Shown piece after piece: positions 48,001-56,235 of a stretch of DNA of 64,000 bases. Made by a program: the position numbers and the translations under genes. The notes below the pieces were generated by a model. That model made no database searches and was not told the DNA's origin. It was given only the letters and a program-made list of their open reading frames with translations. Position 1 is the stretch's first letter; each line of letters opens with the position of its first letter. The DNA is from Candidatus Marinacidobacterium sp. (GTDB taxonomy: Bacteria; Acidobacteriota; Vicinamibacteria; Marinacidobacterales; Marinacidobacteraceae). The stretch is from positions 2,272,001 to 2,336,000 of the forward strand of contig OZ244852.1 of the NCBI GenBank assembly GCA_965220965.1. Reading direction: 5' to 3'.

Positions 48001-48358
48001 GGCTTCCCGCGCCGCGGCGATCCTCGGGGAACGCCCCGACACGGTCCGGGCGCTCCGGATCCGCGCGGTGGCGCTGGCGGAGGCCGGGGAAGTCACCCGG
48101 GCAAGGGCGGCGTTCGAGGAACTCCTGGAGCGCTCGCCGGAACCCGCGATCCACTGGGCGAACGCAGCCGCATTCGCCGCGGCCCAAGGCGATTCGCCGG
48201 AGGCCGTCCGGCTCTACCGGGAAGCGGTGGACCGCGACCCGGACAACCTGACGGCCTACCGCGGACTCGAGGCGGCCGCGACGCGCGCGGGCGACCGGGA
48301 GGCGCAGCGACGCGCTCGCGAGGTCCTGCGCGGGGCGGACTCCGCCGGCCGCCGGTAG
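45086..48358 (+). CDS. Fused MFS-like membrane domain / spermidine synthase-like / TPR protein
   Basis: LSGF.SL..Q..W.R, GRLYAANT.G, L.IDGKVDA, VG.GSGVT, DVVISEPSNPW, TDDRP.LEF and TPR tail; GTGA overlap with the upstream gene. Confidence 0.87.
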   Translation: MSREAGRTSRRRRIRREPAGARRPSLPEGRSGAPGALLMGALLLSGFASLVFQIVWVRRFAVVLGTTHLAITVVLAMFLGGLGLGALLAGRSGGSLGAGRLARRFLLLEAGTAACALALPFYLEATPPLLRAVSAATGAPGWTLAANALLAAGFLFPAATLMGATLPTVTALARRASSGGEGSGEGRAAGRLYAANTAGALLGSVAAARFLVPGLGLAATTLCAAGANLLAGSAVFARFRSRGAAEEAPAAFPARRRPMGGRRFAAVAALSGFAALASEVGWARLASLLFGPTTYTFACVVGAVILGVAAGSAAGTRLLRAGRDPGAWLAAVQVFAAAASAGAAWIGSRAVLPVGGLIARHAGDPSRLLDLQVLAAALVLLLPAAAMGASFPLAVAGAAGGGAPGRATGRIYGWTAAGNVAGALVAGLVVVPWLGLEAALLTAMGAHLAAALTARPASRALLAVAAAAGIAVFSVRSWDWEALSGGLYKAAPQLDASRHRDFLRRGRLVFLEQGAAATVSVKEIAGERSLAIDGKVDATDGADMLTQKMLAHLPLLLAPEPRSVLIVGHGSGVTAGSALRHPVRRVTALEISPEVAEASRLFAAANGFPWEDDRFELVETDARNHLMLEDRAFDVVISEPSNPWMSGVSPLFTVEFFELVRSRLSEGGLFCQWIHLYNLSEESLRTVVGSFTDVFQEAALFALHDGDALLLGARGRMEVASRAEIGARIAALDGELDAWGIRDAEAFRGLLTAGTPVLSTWAAGAARHTDDRPVLEFEAPMSMHALTAAANRRALEAVGTGTMAGVFGPPPPPDPARLTARAEGLLLAASPDWAFELAERALALDRGFREAAETLVRAAIRSGRAEPGEEALLRALAASSPPDAVGLAVERARLLHAAGAAEGAIAVLESGPGELRQDRDALLLAAEIQIGRGELDSAEALILAALAADPLDAVAAAWLAEISLRRGDPELAASRAAAILGERPDTVRALRIRAVALAEAGEVTRARAAFEELLERSPEPAIHWANAAAFAAAQGDSPEAVRLYREAVDRDPDNLTAYRGLEAAATRAGDREAQRRAREVLRGADSAGRR

Positions 48359-48368
48359 CCGGTCCGGC

Positions 48369-48752
48369 CTAGTCCTCGGAGTAGAGCATCCCGGCGAGGT
48401 AGCCCGCCAGGCCCATCTCCACGAGCGTCCAGACGCCGCCCAGCATGCTGAAGTCCATCAGGCCCATGTTCGCCGCGCCGGCCATCGGGAGCAGCGTGTG
48501 GAGGATCCAGACGGTGACCCCGGCGCAGACCGCCGCCTTCGGGCCTGCTCCGAAGCGCGGGCGGCCGGCGGCATAGACCCAGGCGACCAGGATCCCCAGC
48601 ACGAACGCGTAGACGACCCAGAAGGCGATCGAGCCCCCAGCGTCGGCCTCCATCGGCATGACGATCATGTTGAGGACGTACTCGCTGACGTTGATCAGGA
48701 GGCCGGCCACCAGCCCGCCCTTGATCACGCCGCTCAGGTTGATTCCGGCCAT
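48369..48752 (-). CDS. Small 4-TM membrane protein
   Basis: GGLVAG..IN and YAA.RPRFGAGPK.A; GGAG RBS. Confidence 0.75.
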   Translation of the reverse strand: MAGINLSGVIKGGLVAGLLINVSEYVLNMIVMPMEADAGGSIAFWVVYAFVLGILVAWVYAAGRPRFGAGPKAAVCAGVTVWILHTLLPMAGAANMGLMDFSMLGGVWTLVEMGLAGYLAGMLYSED

Positions 48753-48860
48753 CTGCGTGTCTCCTTGTCGCATGACCGTCCCGTCACCGGGACGATCCAC
48801 GGATGCCGGATGGTCTCACCACCCGCCGGTCGCCGGCAACCGGCGGCCGCCCGGACGGAG

Positions 48861-49607
48861 CTACCGCCCCGAGATGATCCGGAAGAGGTTCCGGACGGGG
48901 TCGTAGAACCGGTCCACGACCCTCTCCTTGAGCGGGATGATGGCGTTGTCGGTGATCGTGATGTGCTCGGGGCACACCTTGGTGCAGCACTTCGTGATGT
49001 TGCAGTAGCCGACGCCATGCGCCTTTCGCAGTTCGGGCACCCGGTCCTCGGTGTCGAGCGGATGCATCTCGAGGGCCGCGATGTGCGCGAAGAAGCGCGG
49101 ACCGACGAACTCGTCGTGCTTGTGGGAGTCGCGCAGAACGTGACAGACGTCCTGGCAGAGGAAGCACTCGATGCACTTCCGGAACTCCTGGACGCGGTCC
49201 ACGTCCCGCTGGTCCATCCGCCAGGTTCCGTCCTCGGCGTCCGGCGGCCGGGGCCTGAACTTCCGGATCGACTTCTTGACCTCGAAGTTCCAGCTCACAT
49301 CGGTCACGAGGTCGCGGAGCGGCGGGAAGGCGCGCATCGGCTCGATCGTGACCGGCTGGTCCTCGGGCAGGTCGTTCATCCGGGTCATGCACATGAGCCG
49401 GGGGTTCCCGTTGACCTCGGCGCTGCAGGAGCCGCACTTCCCCGCCTTGCAGTTCCAGCGGACCGCGAGATCCCCCGCCGATTCGGCCTGGATCTGATGC
49501 ACCGCGTCGAGGACGACCATCCCCTCGGTGATGTCGGTCGAGTACTCCTCGAACGAGCCCTCGCCGCCCGCTTCGGCGCGCCAGATGCGGAATGTCCTGC
49601 TCGCCAT
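48861..49607 (-). CDS. sdhB: Succinate dehydrogenase/fumarate reductase Fe-S subunit
   Basis: CKAGKCGSC, CIECFLCQDVC and CNITKCCTKVCP. Confidence 0.93.
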   Translation of the reverse strand: MASRTFRIWRAEAGGEGSFEEYSTDITEGMVVLDAVHQIQAESAGDLAVRWNCKAGKCGSCSAEVNGNPRLMCMTRMNDLPEDQPVTIEPMRAFPPLRDLVTDVSWNFEVKKSIRKFRPRPPDAEDGTWRMDQRDVDRVQEFRKCIECFLCQDVCHVLRDSHKHDEFVGPRFFAHIAALEMHPLDTEDRVPELRKAHGVGYCNITKCCTKVCPEHITITDNAIIPLKERVVDRFYDPVRNLFRIISGR

Positions 49608-51433
49608 CAGCGGTTCTCCTCGATGATCTGCTGCAGCTCGGCGCGAGGCTCGATCACCGCCTCCTCGCTGACCTCCATGCCGCCGTCGCCGCCCTTGCGA
49701 ACGACGAGCGTCCGCTTCCCCCACGCCTCGTCCTTGCCGGGATGGTCCTCGCGGAAGTGGGCGCCCCGGCTCTCCTTCCGCAGCGCCGCGGCGCGCGCCA
49801 CCGCCTCGGAAACGAGGAGCAGGTTCGGGAGGTCGAGCGCGGTGTGCCAGCCGGGGTTGTAGGCCCGGTTGCCGCCGACCGCAGTCCGTTCGGCGCGCTC
49901 GCGGAGCGCGAGCACTCCGGCGAGGCCCTCCTCGAGCTCGCCCTGGTTCCGGACGATCCCCACCTTCGCCTGCATGAGGTCCTGGAGCTCGCTCTGGATC
50001 TGGTAGGCCCCGACGCCGGCGCCCTCCTGCGACTCCTGCCGCTCGAGCGGGGCGAGCGCGTCCCGTTGGGCGGCGGCCGCCTGTTCGGTTTCCGCCGAAC
50101 CGGCATCGGGCCGCGGGTTCTCGCGGGCGAAGCGGGCGGCGTGCTCGCCGGCGCGCTTGCCGAACACGAGGAGGTCGGAGAGCGAGTTACCGCCGAGCCG
50201 GTTCGCGCCGTGGAGGCCCCCGGCGCACTCACCCGCCGCGAAGAGTCCCGGAACGCGGGACATCTGGGTCTCGCCATCAACGCGGACCCCGCCCATCACG
50301 TAGTGGGTCGTGGGGCCGACTTCCATCGGCTCCTTCGTGATGTCGATTCCCGCCAGCTCGCGGAACTGGTGGTGCATGCTGGGGAGCTTCCGGCGGATGT
50401 GGGCCTCGCTGTCCTTGAGCTTCTCGCGGATCCAGCCGATGTCGAGGAAGACGCCGCCGTGCGGGCTGCCGCGGCCCTCGCGGATCTCGCGGACGATGCA
50501 GCGCGCGACGTGGTCGCGGGTGAGGAGCTCGGGCGGGCGCCGCGCATCGCGGTCGCCCTGGGTGTAGCGCCAGCCTTCCTCTTCGTTGTCCGCCGTCTGC
50601 CCCTTGTAGAGGTCCGGGATGTCGTCGAACATGAACCGACGCCCCTCGCTGTTCCGCAGAACGCCGCCCTCGCCGCGGACCCCCTCGGTGACCAGGATGC
50701 CGCGGACGCTCGGCGGCCACACCATCCCGGTGGGGTGGAACTGGACGTACTCCATGTCGATCAGCTCGGCGCCGGCCTCGTAGCCGAGCGCGTGGCCATC
50801 ACCGGTGTACTCCCAACTGTTCGAGGTGATCCGGTAGGCGCGGCCGATCCCGCCGGTGGCGAGCACGACCGCCCCGGCGCGGAAGAGACGGAAGCGGCCC
50901 TGCTCGCGCTCGTAGCCGAACGCTCCGATGACCCGCCCGCCGTCGGTGAGGAGCCGGGTCACGGTGCACTCCATGTGGACATCGATGCCCAGGTGGACGC
51001 CGTGGTCCTGGAGCGTCCGGATCATCTCGAGCCCGGTCCGGTCTCCCACATGGGCGAGGCGGGGGTACTTGTGTCCGCCGAAGTTGCGCTGGAGGATGCG
51101 GCGATCGGGGGTCCGGTCGAACACCGCGCCCCAGGCCTCCAGCTCGCGCACCCGCTCCGGAGCTTCCTTCGCGTGGAGCTCGGCCATCGTCGGGTTGTTC
51201 CCGTACTGGCCGCCCCGCATCGTGTCGGCGAAGTGGGTCTTCCAGTCGTCGCGCTCGTCCACGTTGGAGAGCGCGGCGGCGATCCCGCCCTCGGCCATCA
51301 CGGTGTGCGCCTTGCCGAGGAGGGACTTCGTCACGAGCCCCACGGAAACCCCGGCGGCGGAGGCCTCGATCGCGGCGCGGAGGCCGGCGCCCCCCGCCCC
51401 GATCACGAGCACATCGTGCTCAACGGTCTGCAT
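49607..51433 (-). CDS. sdhA: Succinate dehydrogenase/fumarate reductase flavoprotein
   Basis: GAGGAG, KAHTVMAEGG (covalent-FAD His), QFHPTG, TEGVRGEGG and HGANRLGGNSL. Confidence 0.95.
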   Translation of the reverse strand: MQTVEHDVLVIGAGGAGLRAAIEASAAGVSVGLVTKSLLGKAHTVMAEGGIAAALSNVDERDDWKTHFADTMRGGQYGNNPTMAELHAKEAPERVRELEAWGAVFDRTPDRRILQRNFGGHKYPRLAHVGDRTGLEMIRTLQDHGVHLGIDVHMECTVTRLLTDGGRVIGAFGYEREQGRFRLFRAGAVVLATGGIGRAYRITSNSWEYTGDGHALGYEAGAELIDMEYVQFHPTGMVWPPSVRGILVTEGVRGEGGVLRNSEGRRFMFDDIPDLYKGQTADNEEEGWRYTQGDRDARRPPELLTRDHVARCIVREIREGRGSPHGGVFLDIGWIREKLKDSEAHIRRKLPSMHHQFRELAGIDITKEPMEVGPTTHYVMGGVRVDGETQMSRVPGLFAAGECAGGLHGANRLGGNSLSDLLVFGKRAGEHAARFARENPRPDAGSAETEQAAAAQRDALAPLERQESQEGAGVGAYQIQSELQDLMQAKVGIVRNQGELEEGLAGVLALRERAERTAVGGNRAYNPGWHTALDLPNLLLVSEAVARAAALRKESRGAHFREDHPGKDEAWGKRTLVVRKGGDGGMEVSEEAVIEPRAELQQIIEENR

Positions 51434-51445
51434 GCCGGATCCGGA

Positions 51446-52252
51446 TCAGAGAATGCGCAGGTCGGTCCAGACGCCCATCGAGCAGAGCCGCACGTAGACA
51501 TCCGAGAAAGCCACCCAGACGAGGCTGCACCACGCCCAGTTCATGTGCCGGACGTTGAACCAGCTCACGCACTCGTAGGCGCAGCGCCGCGCCGGACGCG
51601 CCGCCATGCGGTCCAGCACGCCGCCGACCAGGTGGCGGAGCGAGTGGCAGCCCAGCGTGTAACCGCCCAGCAGCACCACGTTCAGGGTGAGAACGAGGGT
51701 GCCGACCCCGATGCCGAAGACCTCGTTGCCGGTCGCCGGGTCCACGAACCACATCGCCTTCCAGGCGTCCCAGGCGAGGATGCAGAGGAAGCCGAGCGCC
51801 AGGTAGAGGAAGTAGCGGTGGATGTTCTGGAGGATGAGCGGAAACCGCAGCTCGCCGCCGTAGCCCTTCCAGGGCTTGCCGACCGTGCACGACGCCGGGT
51901 TCGCCACGAAGGCCTTGTAGTAGGCGCCCCGGTAGTAGTAGCAGGTCAGCCGGAAACCGGCGGGGGCGCCGAGGATCACCAGCGCCGGCGAGAACGGGAG
52001 AAAGTCCGGCCAGAAACCCGGCTTCGGTCCGAACCAGGCGTGGTGCGAATCGCCCCAGATGACGGGCGAGTACATCGGCGAGAGGTAGTTGCCGAGTTCG
52101 AAGTGGGCGTTCTGGAACGCCGCCCAGGTCGAATAGACGAGGAACGCCGTCAGCGCCGAAAGGGTCGCGAGCGGCGTGACCCACCACCAGTCGCGGCGTC
52201 GCGTCGCGCCAAAGCCCTGCTGTTCCGGAAGGACGCCGGCGACGGTTGGCAC
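51446..52252 (-). CDS. Sdh membrane anchor, mycobacterial Sdh1 (Rv0249c)-like
   Basis: FRLTCYYYR.AY, QNIHRYF and Y..GCHSLRH..GG; first gene of the sdh operon. Confidence 0.82.
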   Translation of the reverse strand: MPTVAGVLPEQQGFGATRRRDWWWVTPLATLSALTAFLVYSTWAAFQNAHFELGNYLSPMYSPVIWGDSHHAWFGPKPGFWPDFLPFSPALVILGAPAGFRLTCYYYRGAYYKAFVANPASCTVGKPWKGYGGELRFPLILQNIHRYFLYLALGFLCILAWDAWKAMWFVDPATGNEVFGIGVGTLVLTLNVVLLGGYTLGCHSLRHLVGGVLDRMAARPARRCAYECVSWFNVRHMNWAWCSLVWVAFSDVYVRLCSMGVWTDLRIL

Positions 52253-52268
52253 GGCGGTGGAGAATACA

Positions 52269-53072
52269 TCAGCGGTTGCTGGCGCACCGGAAGCCGGTGT
52301 GGTCCCAGGCGGAGTCGGCGGGGGCCCGGTTTTCCCAGGCGAGCCGGTAGCCCTGACAGGAGTTTTCGGCGCACAGGAAGGAGCCGCCGCGGAGTGGACG
52401 GCTGCCCGGAGATCCGCCGTCCACCCATTCCCAGGCGTTCCCGGCCATGTCGAAGAGCCCGTAGCCATTCGGGGGGAAGCGCCCCGGCGGGGCGAGACCG
52501 GGGTAGCCGTCCTGCGGCGCCCCGGGGAACGGAAAGCGGCCGTCGAAGAGGTTCGCGAGCGGCGCGCCGGCGAAGGGCGCGCGGTCGCCCCAGGGGTAGA
52601 CCGCGGCCTCGAGGCCGCCGCGGGCGGCGTGCTCCCACTCGCGCGCCGTCGGGAGGCGCCCTCCCGTTTCGGCGCAGAAGGCGGCGGCGTCGCTCCAGCT
52701 CACCTGGACCACCGGAGCCTCCGGCGGAGCGCCGGGCCCGCCCGTACCGCGCGGATGACGCCAATCGGCGCCGTCGCGCCGGATCCACCACGGCATGCCC
52801 GGGACCGACGCGGCGCTCTCAGAGCCGGCGCCCGGGGGCTGGAAGACGAGCGACCAGCCGATGCGCTCGGCGTCGGTGACCCATCCGGTCCGGTGGACGA
52901 AGCCGGCGAACCGGTCGGTCGTCACCTCGTGGCGGTCCAGCCGGAACGAGGCGATCCCGGGCCCGCCAGGAATGGGGACCGGATCCGGCCGGGAGCAGCC
53001 GGCGAGGAGGAGCGGCGCCGCGAGGACCACCAGGAGGGCGGGAGCAGCGGCGATGGGGCTGGAGGGGGACAT
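52269..53072 (-). CDS. Formylglycine-generating enzyme (SUMF1) family lipoprotein
   Basis: LAGC lipobox, HEVT, PVVQVSW.DA, RLPT..EWE.AARGG, DMAGNAWEW, RGGSFLC....C and GFRC. Confidence 0.88.
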   Translation of the reverse strand: MSPSSPIAAAPALLVVLAAPLLLAGCSRPDPVPIPGGPGIASFRLDRHEVTTDRFAGFVHRTGWVTDAERIGWSLVFQPPGAGSESAASVPGMPWWIRRDGADWRHPRGTGGPGAPPEAPVVQVSWSDAAAFCAETGGRLPTAREWEHAARGGLEAAVYPWGDRAPFAGAPLANLFDGRFPFPGAPQDGYPGLAPPGRFPPNGYGLFDMAGNAWEWVDGGSPGSRPLRGGSFLCAENSCQGYRLAWENRAPADSAWDHTGFRCASNR

Positions 53073-53138
53073 CACCCACGCGGGCGCCCGACGCGGCGGC
53101 GCTCCACGGGGCGGGTTTAGACTCCGGAAGCGGTTGGG

Positions 53139-53915
53139 ATGACGGGATCGGGGGGGATGCGGCGCATGCGACGAGGCTCGCCGGGAGGGGTCGCGACCGC
53201 GCTCCTGGCTCTCGCCGCGTGGACCCCGGCGGCGTGCAGCGGCGGCGCGCCGACCGGCGGGCACGACGACCCCTTCTTCGCCGCCCGGGAACTCATGGTG
53301 CGCAACGACATCGAAGGCCGCGGCCTCCGCGACCCCGAAGTCCTGGGGGCGATGCGGCGGGTCCCGCGGCATCTCTTCGTTTCCGAGTCGCTCCGGAGCC
53401 AGGCCTACAGCGACCGTCCGCTCCCGATCGGCGAGGGGCAGACGATCTCGCAGCCCTTCGTGGTGGCGCTCATGAGCTCGCTGGCCGGCATCGAGCCGGG
53501 GTTGCGGGTTCTGGAAATCGGGACCGGCTCCGGCTACCAGGCGGCGGTGCTCGCCGAGCTCGGGGCCGAGGTCTGGTCCATCGAACTGCTCCCGGCAATG
53601 GGAGCGCTCGCCGCCGCGAACCTGGCGGGCGCCGGATACGACGGCCTGCATCTCAGGGTGGGGGACGGCTATCTGGGCTGGCCGGAGGAGGCGCCGTTCG
53701 ACCGGATCGTGATCACCGCAGCGCCGCCGGAGATCCCGCCGGCTCTGATCGAGCAGCTCGGCCGCGGGGGACGGCTCGTGGCCCCGGTGGGGGACGACCC
53801 GCGGAACCAGCGACTCGTGGTGGCCACCCGGAACGAGGACGGCGAAGTCGAGACGACGGACCACGGCGGCGTGGCGTTCGTACCGATGGTCCCCGGCGAA
53901 GAACGCCCCGACTGA
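53139..53915 (+). CDS. pcm: Protein-L-isoaspartate O-methyltransferase with signal-like N-terminus
   Basis: VPRH.F, QTISQP, VLEIGTGSGYQAA, APFD.I..TAA and FVPM. Confidence 0.93.
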   Translation: MTGSGGMRRMRRGSPGGVATALLALAAWTPAACSGGAPTGGHDDPFFAARELMVRNDIEGRGLRDPEVLGAMRRVPRHLFVSESLRSQAYSDRPLPIGEGQTISQPFVVALMSSLAGIEPGLRVLEIGTGSGYQAAVLAELGAEVWSIELLPAMGALAAANLAGAGYDGLHLRVGDGYLGWPEEAPFDRIVITAAPPEIPPALIEQLGRGGRLVAPVGDDPRNQRLVVATRNEDGEVETTDHGGVAFVPMVPGEERPD

Positions 53916-53920
53916 ACCGC

Positions 53921-55030
53921 TCAGGTCGATCCGTTTCCGGTTCCCGGCTCGACCGCCAGGTTGGCGCCGAGCGAGACCGCCAGCCCCGCGACGCGGTGCG
54001 CGAGGTCCGGGTCGTCAGGGGCGAACTGGCGGAGCAGGGGCGCCAGCCCGGCGAGCTTCATGCGCAGGACGCGTTCCCGCAGCTCGACCGGCTTCACGAC
54101 CTCGATCCAGTCCCACCAGCCGATGACGTGGCGCGCCATGTCGTCAATGCCTCCCGCGGTGAAGCGGACCACGACGCTCCCGTCCTCCTCCCGGGTGAGC
54201 TCCTGGGAGGCGTGGAAGATCCACTTGTCCGCTCCGGGAGCGCTGGGATGGAAGCGCCACTCGACGTCCACCGGCGCCTCCTGGAACGTCCCGAAGAGCC
54301 GGGCCAGATAGCGGGAGAAATCGTCCTCGCCGAGCGAATGGGGTTCGTCGGAGAGCACCTCGAGGGTCCGGATCCGGTCCAGCCGGAACTGGAGAAAGTC
54401 GTCGCGTCCCTCCACCTCGGCCACCAGCCGGGGCGCGCCGCCGTAGAGGATCCCCACCGGGGACGCCGTGTGTTCCTTCGGCTCGTGGCCGGGACGCTGG
54501 TAGAGGAAGCGGACGCGGTGCTGGTGGAGGAGCGCGGCGCGCAAGTTCCGGTCGATGTCGAGGTCGATCCGGACGCGCGGGGTGGGGCGCGCTCCGATGC
54601 CCAGACTGAGCGCCAGCGCCTCGGCGTCGTTCATCAACCGCCCGCGAAGGTTCGCGTCGTTTCGCTGGGCGCCGCGTTCTTCCAGCGCTTCGCGCGCCAG
54701 GTCGTAGATGCGCTCCAGCCGTTCCGCGTCCCCGGTTCGCTGCTGGTCCTTCAGCAGGGTGATCGCCGACCGGACCGCGGCGAGCTCCTCGACGTTCGGT
54801 GGTCGACGCACGAAGCGTCGAAAGAAGCGGTCGCTCCGATCGATCCAGAACTCCAGCCGGCCCTCGCTGTTCCGCGCCTTGCGCAGATTGAGCACGCTGT
54901 CGAGCTCCCGGATCCAGCGGTGGGCGGTTCGCCGGGTGATCCCGTACCTGCTGGTCAGGTGTTCGTAGGTGACCCGGCGGGGCGAAAGGAACTCCTGGAA
55001 CAGCCGGGCGGCGCGGTCGAGACTCGTCAT
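53921..55030 (-). CDS. HTH-WYL-WCX transcriptional regulator, DriD-like
   Basis: N-terminal wHTH (GITRRTAHR.I..L), WYL region (F.Y...P.GILYG...LVA...FRLDRI) and WCX region (FG.FQ...FH.SQ....DG...V.F.A.G). Confidence 0.88.
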   Translation of the reverse strand: MTSLDRAARLFQEFLSPRRVTYEHLTSRYGITRRTAHRWIRELDSVLNLRKARNSEGRLEFWIDRSDRFFRRFVRRPPNVEELAAVRSAITLLKDQQRTGDAERLERIYDLAREALEERGAQRNDANLRGRLMNDAEALALSLGIGARPTPRVRIDLDIDRNLRAALLHQHRVRFLYQRPGHEPKEHTASPVGILYGGAPRLVAEVEGRDDFLQFRLDRIRTLEVLSDEPHSLGEDDFSRYLARLFGTFQEAPVDVEWRFHPSAPGADKWIFHASQELTREEDGSVVVRFTAGGIDDMARHVIGWWDWIEVVKPVELRERVLRMKLAGLAPLLRQFAPDDPDLAHRVAGLAVSLGANLAVEPGTGNGST

Positions 55031-55061
55031 GCGGGGTCCTCCGGCCCGGAAGGGGCGCAGT

Positions 55062-55078
55062 CGGACACATTCTGACCG
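55062..55078. promoter_or_regulatory. Putative autoregulatory operator CGGACA-cattc-TGACCG
   Basis: Near-perfect palindrome 31 nt upstream of the WYL ATG. Confidence 0.6.
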
Positions 55079-55164
55079 CCGGGACGGGAACGCGGCAATG
55101 TGGGCGGCGTCAGGTGAGTAGCATCGTCCGGGTCCGGCGACGAGGAAGCCGACTCCCTCGAGAC

Positions 55165-56235
55165 GTGATCCGCAACCATCCCCTGGTCCTGCTCGGCATG
55201 GGCGCCGTCCATCGGTCGCTGCTCCGCATCCTCGAGGAGAAGGAGGCGGGACTGACCGCCGCCGAGGGCTTCCGGTTCCCGATCGTCGCCTGCGCCGACC
55301 GGAGCGGCTTCTTTCGCGGTCCGGACGCGCCGGGAAGCCGGCTCACGCGGGAGGGGGCCCTCGCGGTGAAGGAGCGCGGCGGCCGGCTGGGGGAGCTCCC
55401 GGAGGCGGCGGCCGTCACGCTGGAGGAAGCGGTGGAGCTCGCGGGGCCCGACGGCATCCTGATGGACGCGGCCTCGATGGACATGGAGACCGGGGGCGCC
55501 GGCCTCGAAGCCGCCCGGGCGGCGCTCTCGCGGGGGGTCTCGGCGGTGTTCGCGAACAAGTCGGCGATGGCGCTGGCGTTCGACGAGTGCGAGGCTCTGG
55601 CCCGCCGGAGCGGGGCCGGTTTCGGCTGGAGCGCCACCGTCTGCGGCGGGTTGCCGGTGATCAACGCCGCCCGCCGGGAGCTGGTGGCGGCGCGCTTTCG
55701 CCGCGTTCAGGGTGTCTTCAACGCCACCAGCAACCTGGTGCTCGACACCGTCGCCGCCGGGCGGACGCTCGAGGAAGCCATCCAGGAGGCAAAGGACCGC
55801 GGCATCGCCGAGACCGACCCCACGAACGATCTGAACGGGACGGACACCGCCGCCAAGCTGGCGATCTTCACCCGGACGGTCCTCGGCCAGCCGGTCTCCT
55901 TCGGGGACATCCCCCGGGCCGGGGTGGAAGCGGCGGGCGAGCCTGCCGCCGGCGAGGTCATCCGCCTGCTCGGCGAAGCCACGCCCGACCCCGACGGGTC
56001 CTGGCGTCTCGAAGTCGCCCCCCGGGCCGTCCCGCGAGCCAGCTTCTTCGGTAGCATCGGCAGCCTCGACATGGCGGTCGAGTGGGAAACCGACCTCTTC
56101 GGCGTCCACCGGCTCGCCGCCACCGAGGGGGACGCCACCCCGACCGCCGCCGCGATGCTGCGCGACGCGGTCCACATCGCCCGCGGAATCCCCGCCGGGC
56201 CAACGCTCCGCACCGGAGCCGGGGAGAATCGATGA
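55165..56235 (+). CDS. Homoserine dehydrogenase-like protein (no ACT domain)
   Basis: ANK, SATVCGGLPVI, GVFNATSN, G.AE.DP..D..G.D.AAKL and TAAA.L.D; an alternative start exists at 55114. Confidence 0.82.
   Translation: MIRNHPLVLLGMGAVHRSLLRILEEKEAGLTAAEGFRFPIVACADRSGFFRGPDAPGSRLTREGALAVKERGGRLGELPEAAAVTLEEAVELAGPDGILMDAASMDMETGGAGLEAARAALSRGVSAVFANKSAMALAFDECEALARRSGAGFGWSATVCGGLPVINAARRELVAARFRRVQGVFNATSNLVLDTVAAGRTLEEAIQEAKDRGIAETDPTNDLNGTDTAAKLAIFTRTVLGQPVSFGDIPRAGVEAAGEPAAGEVIRLLGEATPDPDGSWRLEVAPRAVPRASFFGSIGSLDMAVEWETDLFGVHRLAATEGDATPTAAAMLRDAVHIARGIPAGPTLRTGAGENR

Noticed and set aside
49592-52879. 1095-aa plus-strand ORF and many similar long Arg/Pro/Gly-rich ORFs
   Set aside because: Antisense or off-frame shadows caused by stop-codon scarcity at high GC; no recognisable motifs.
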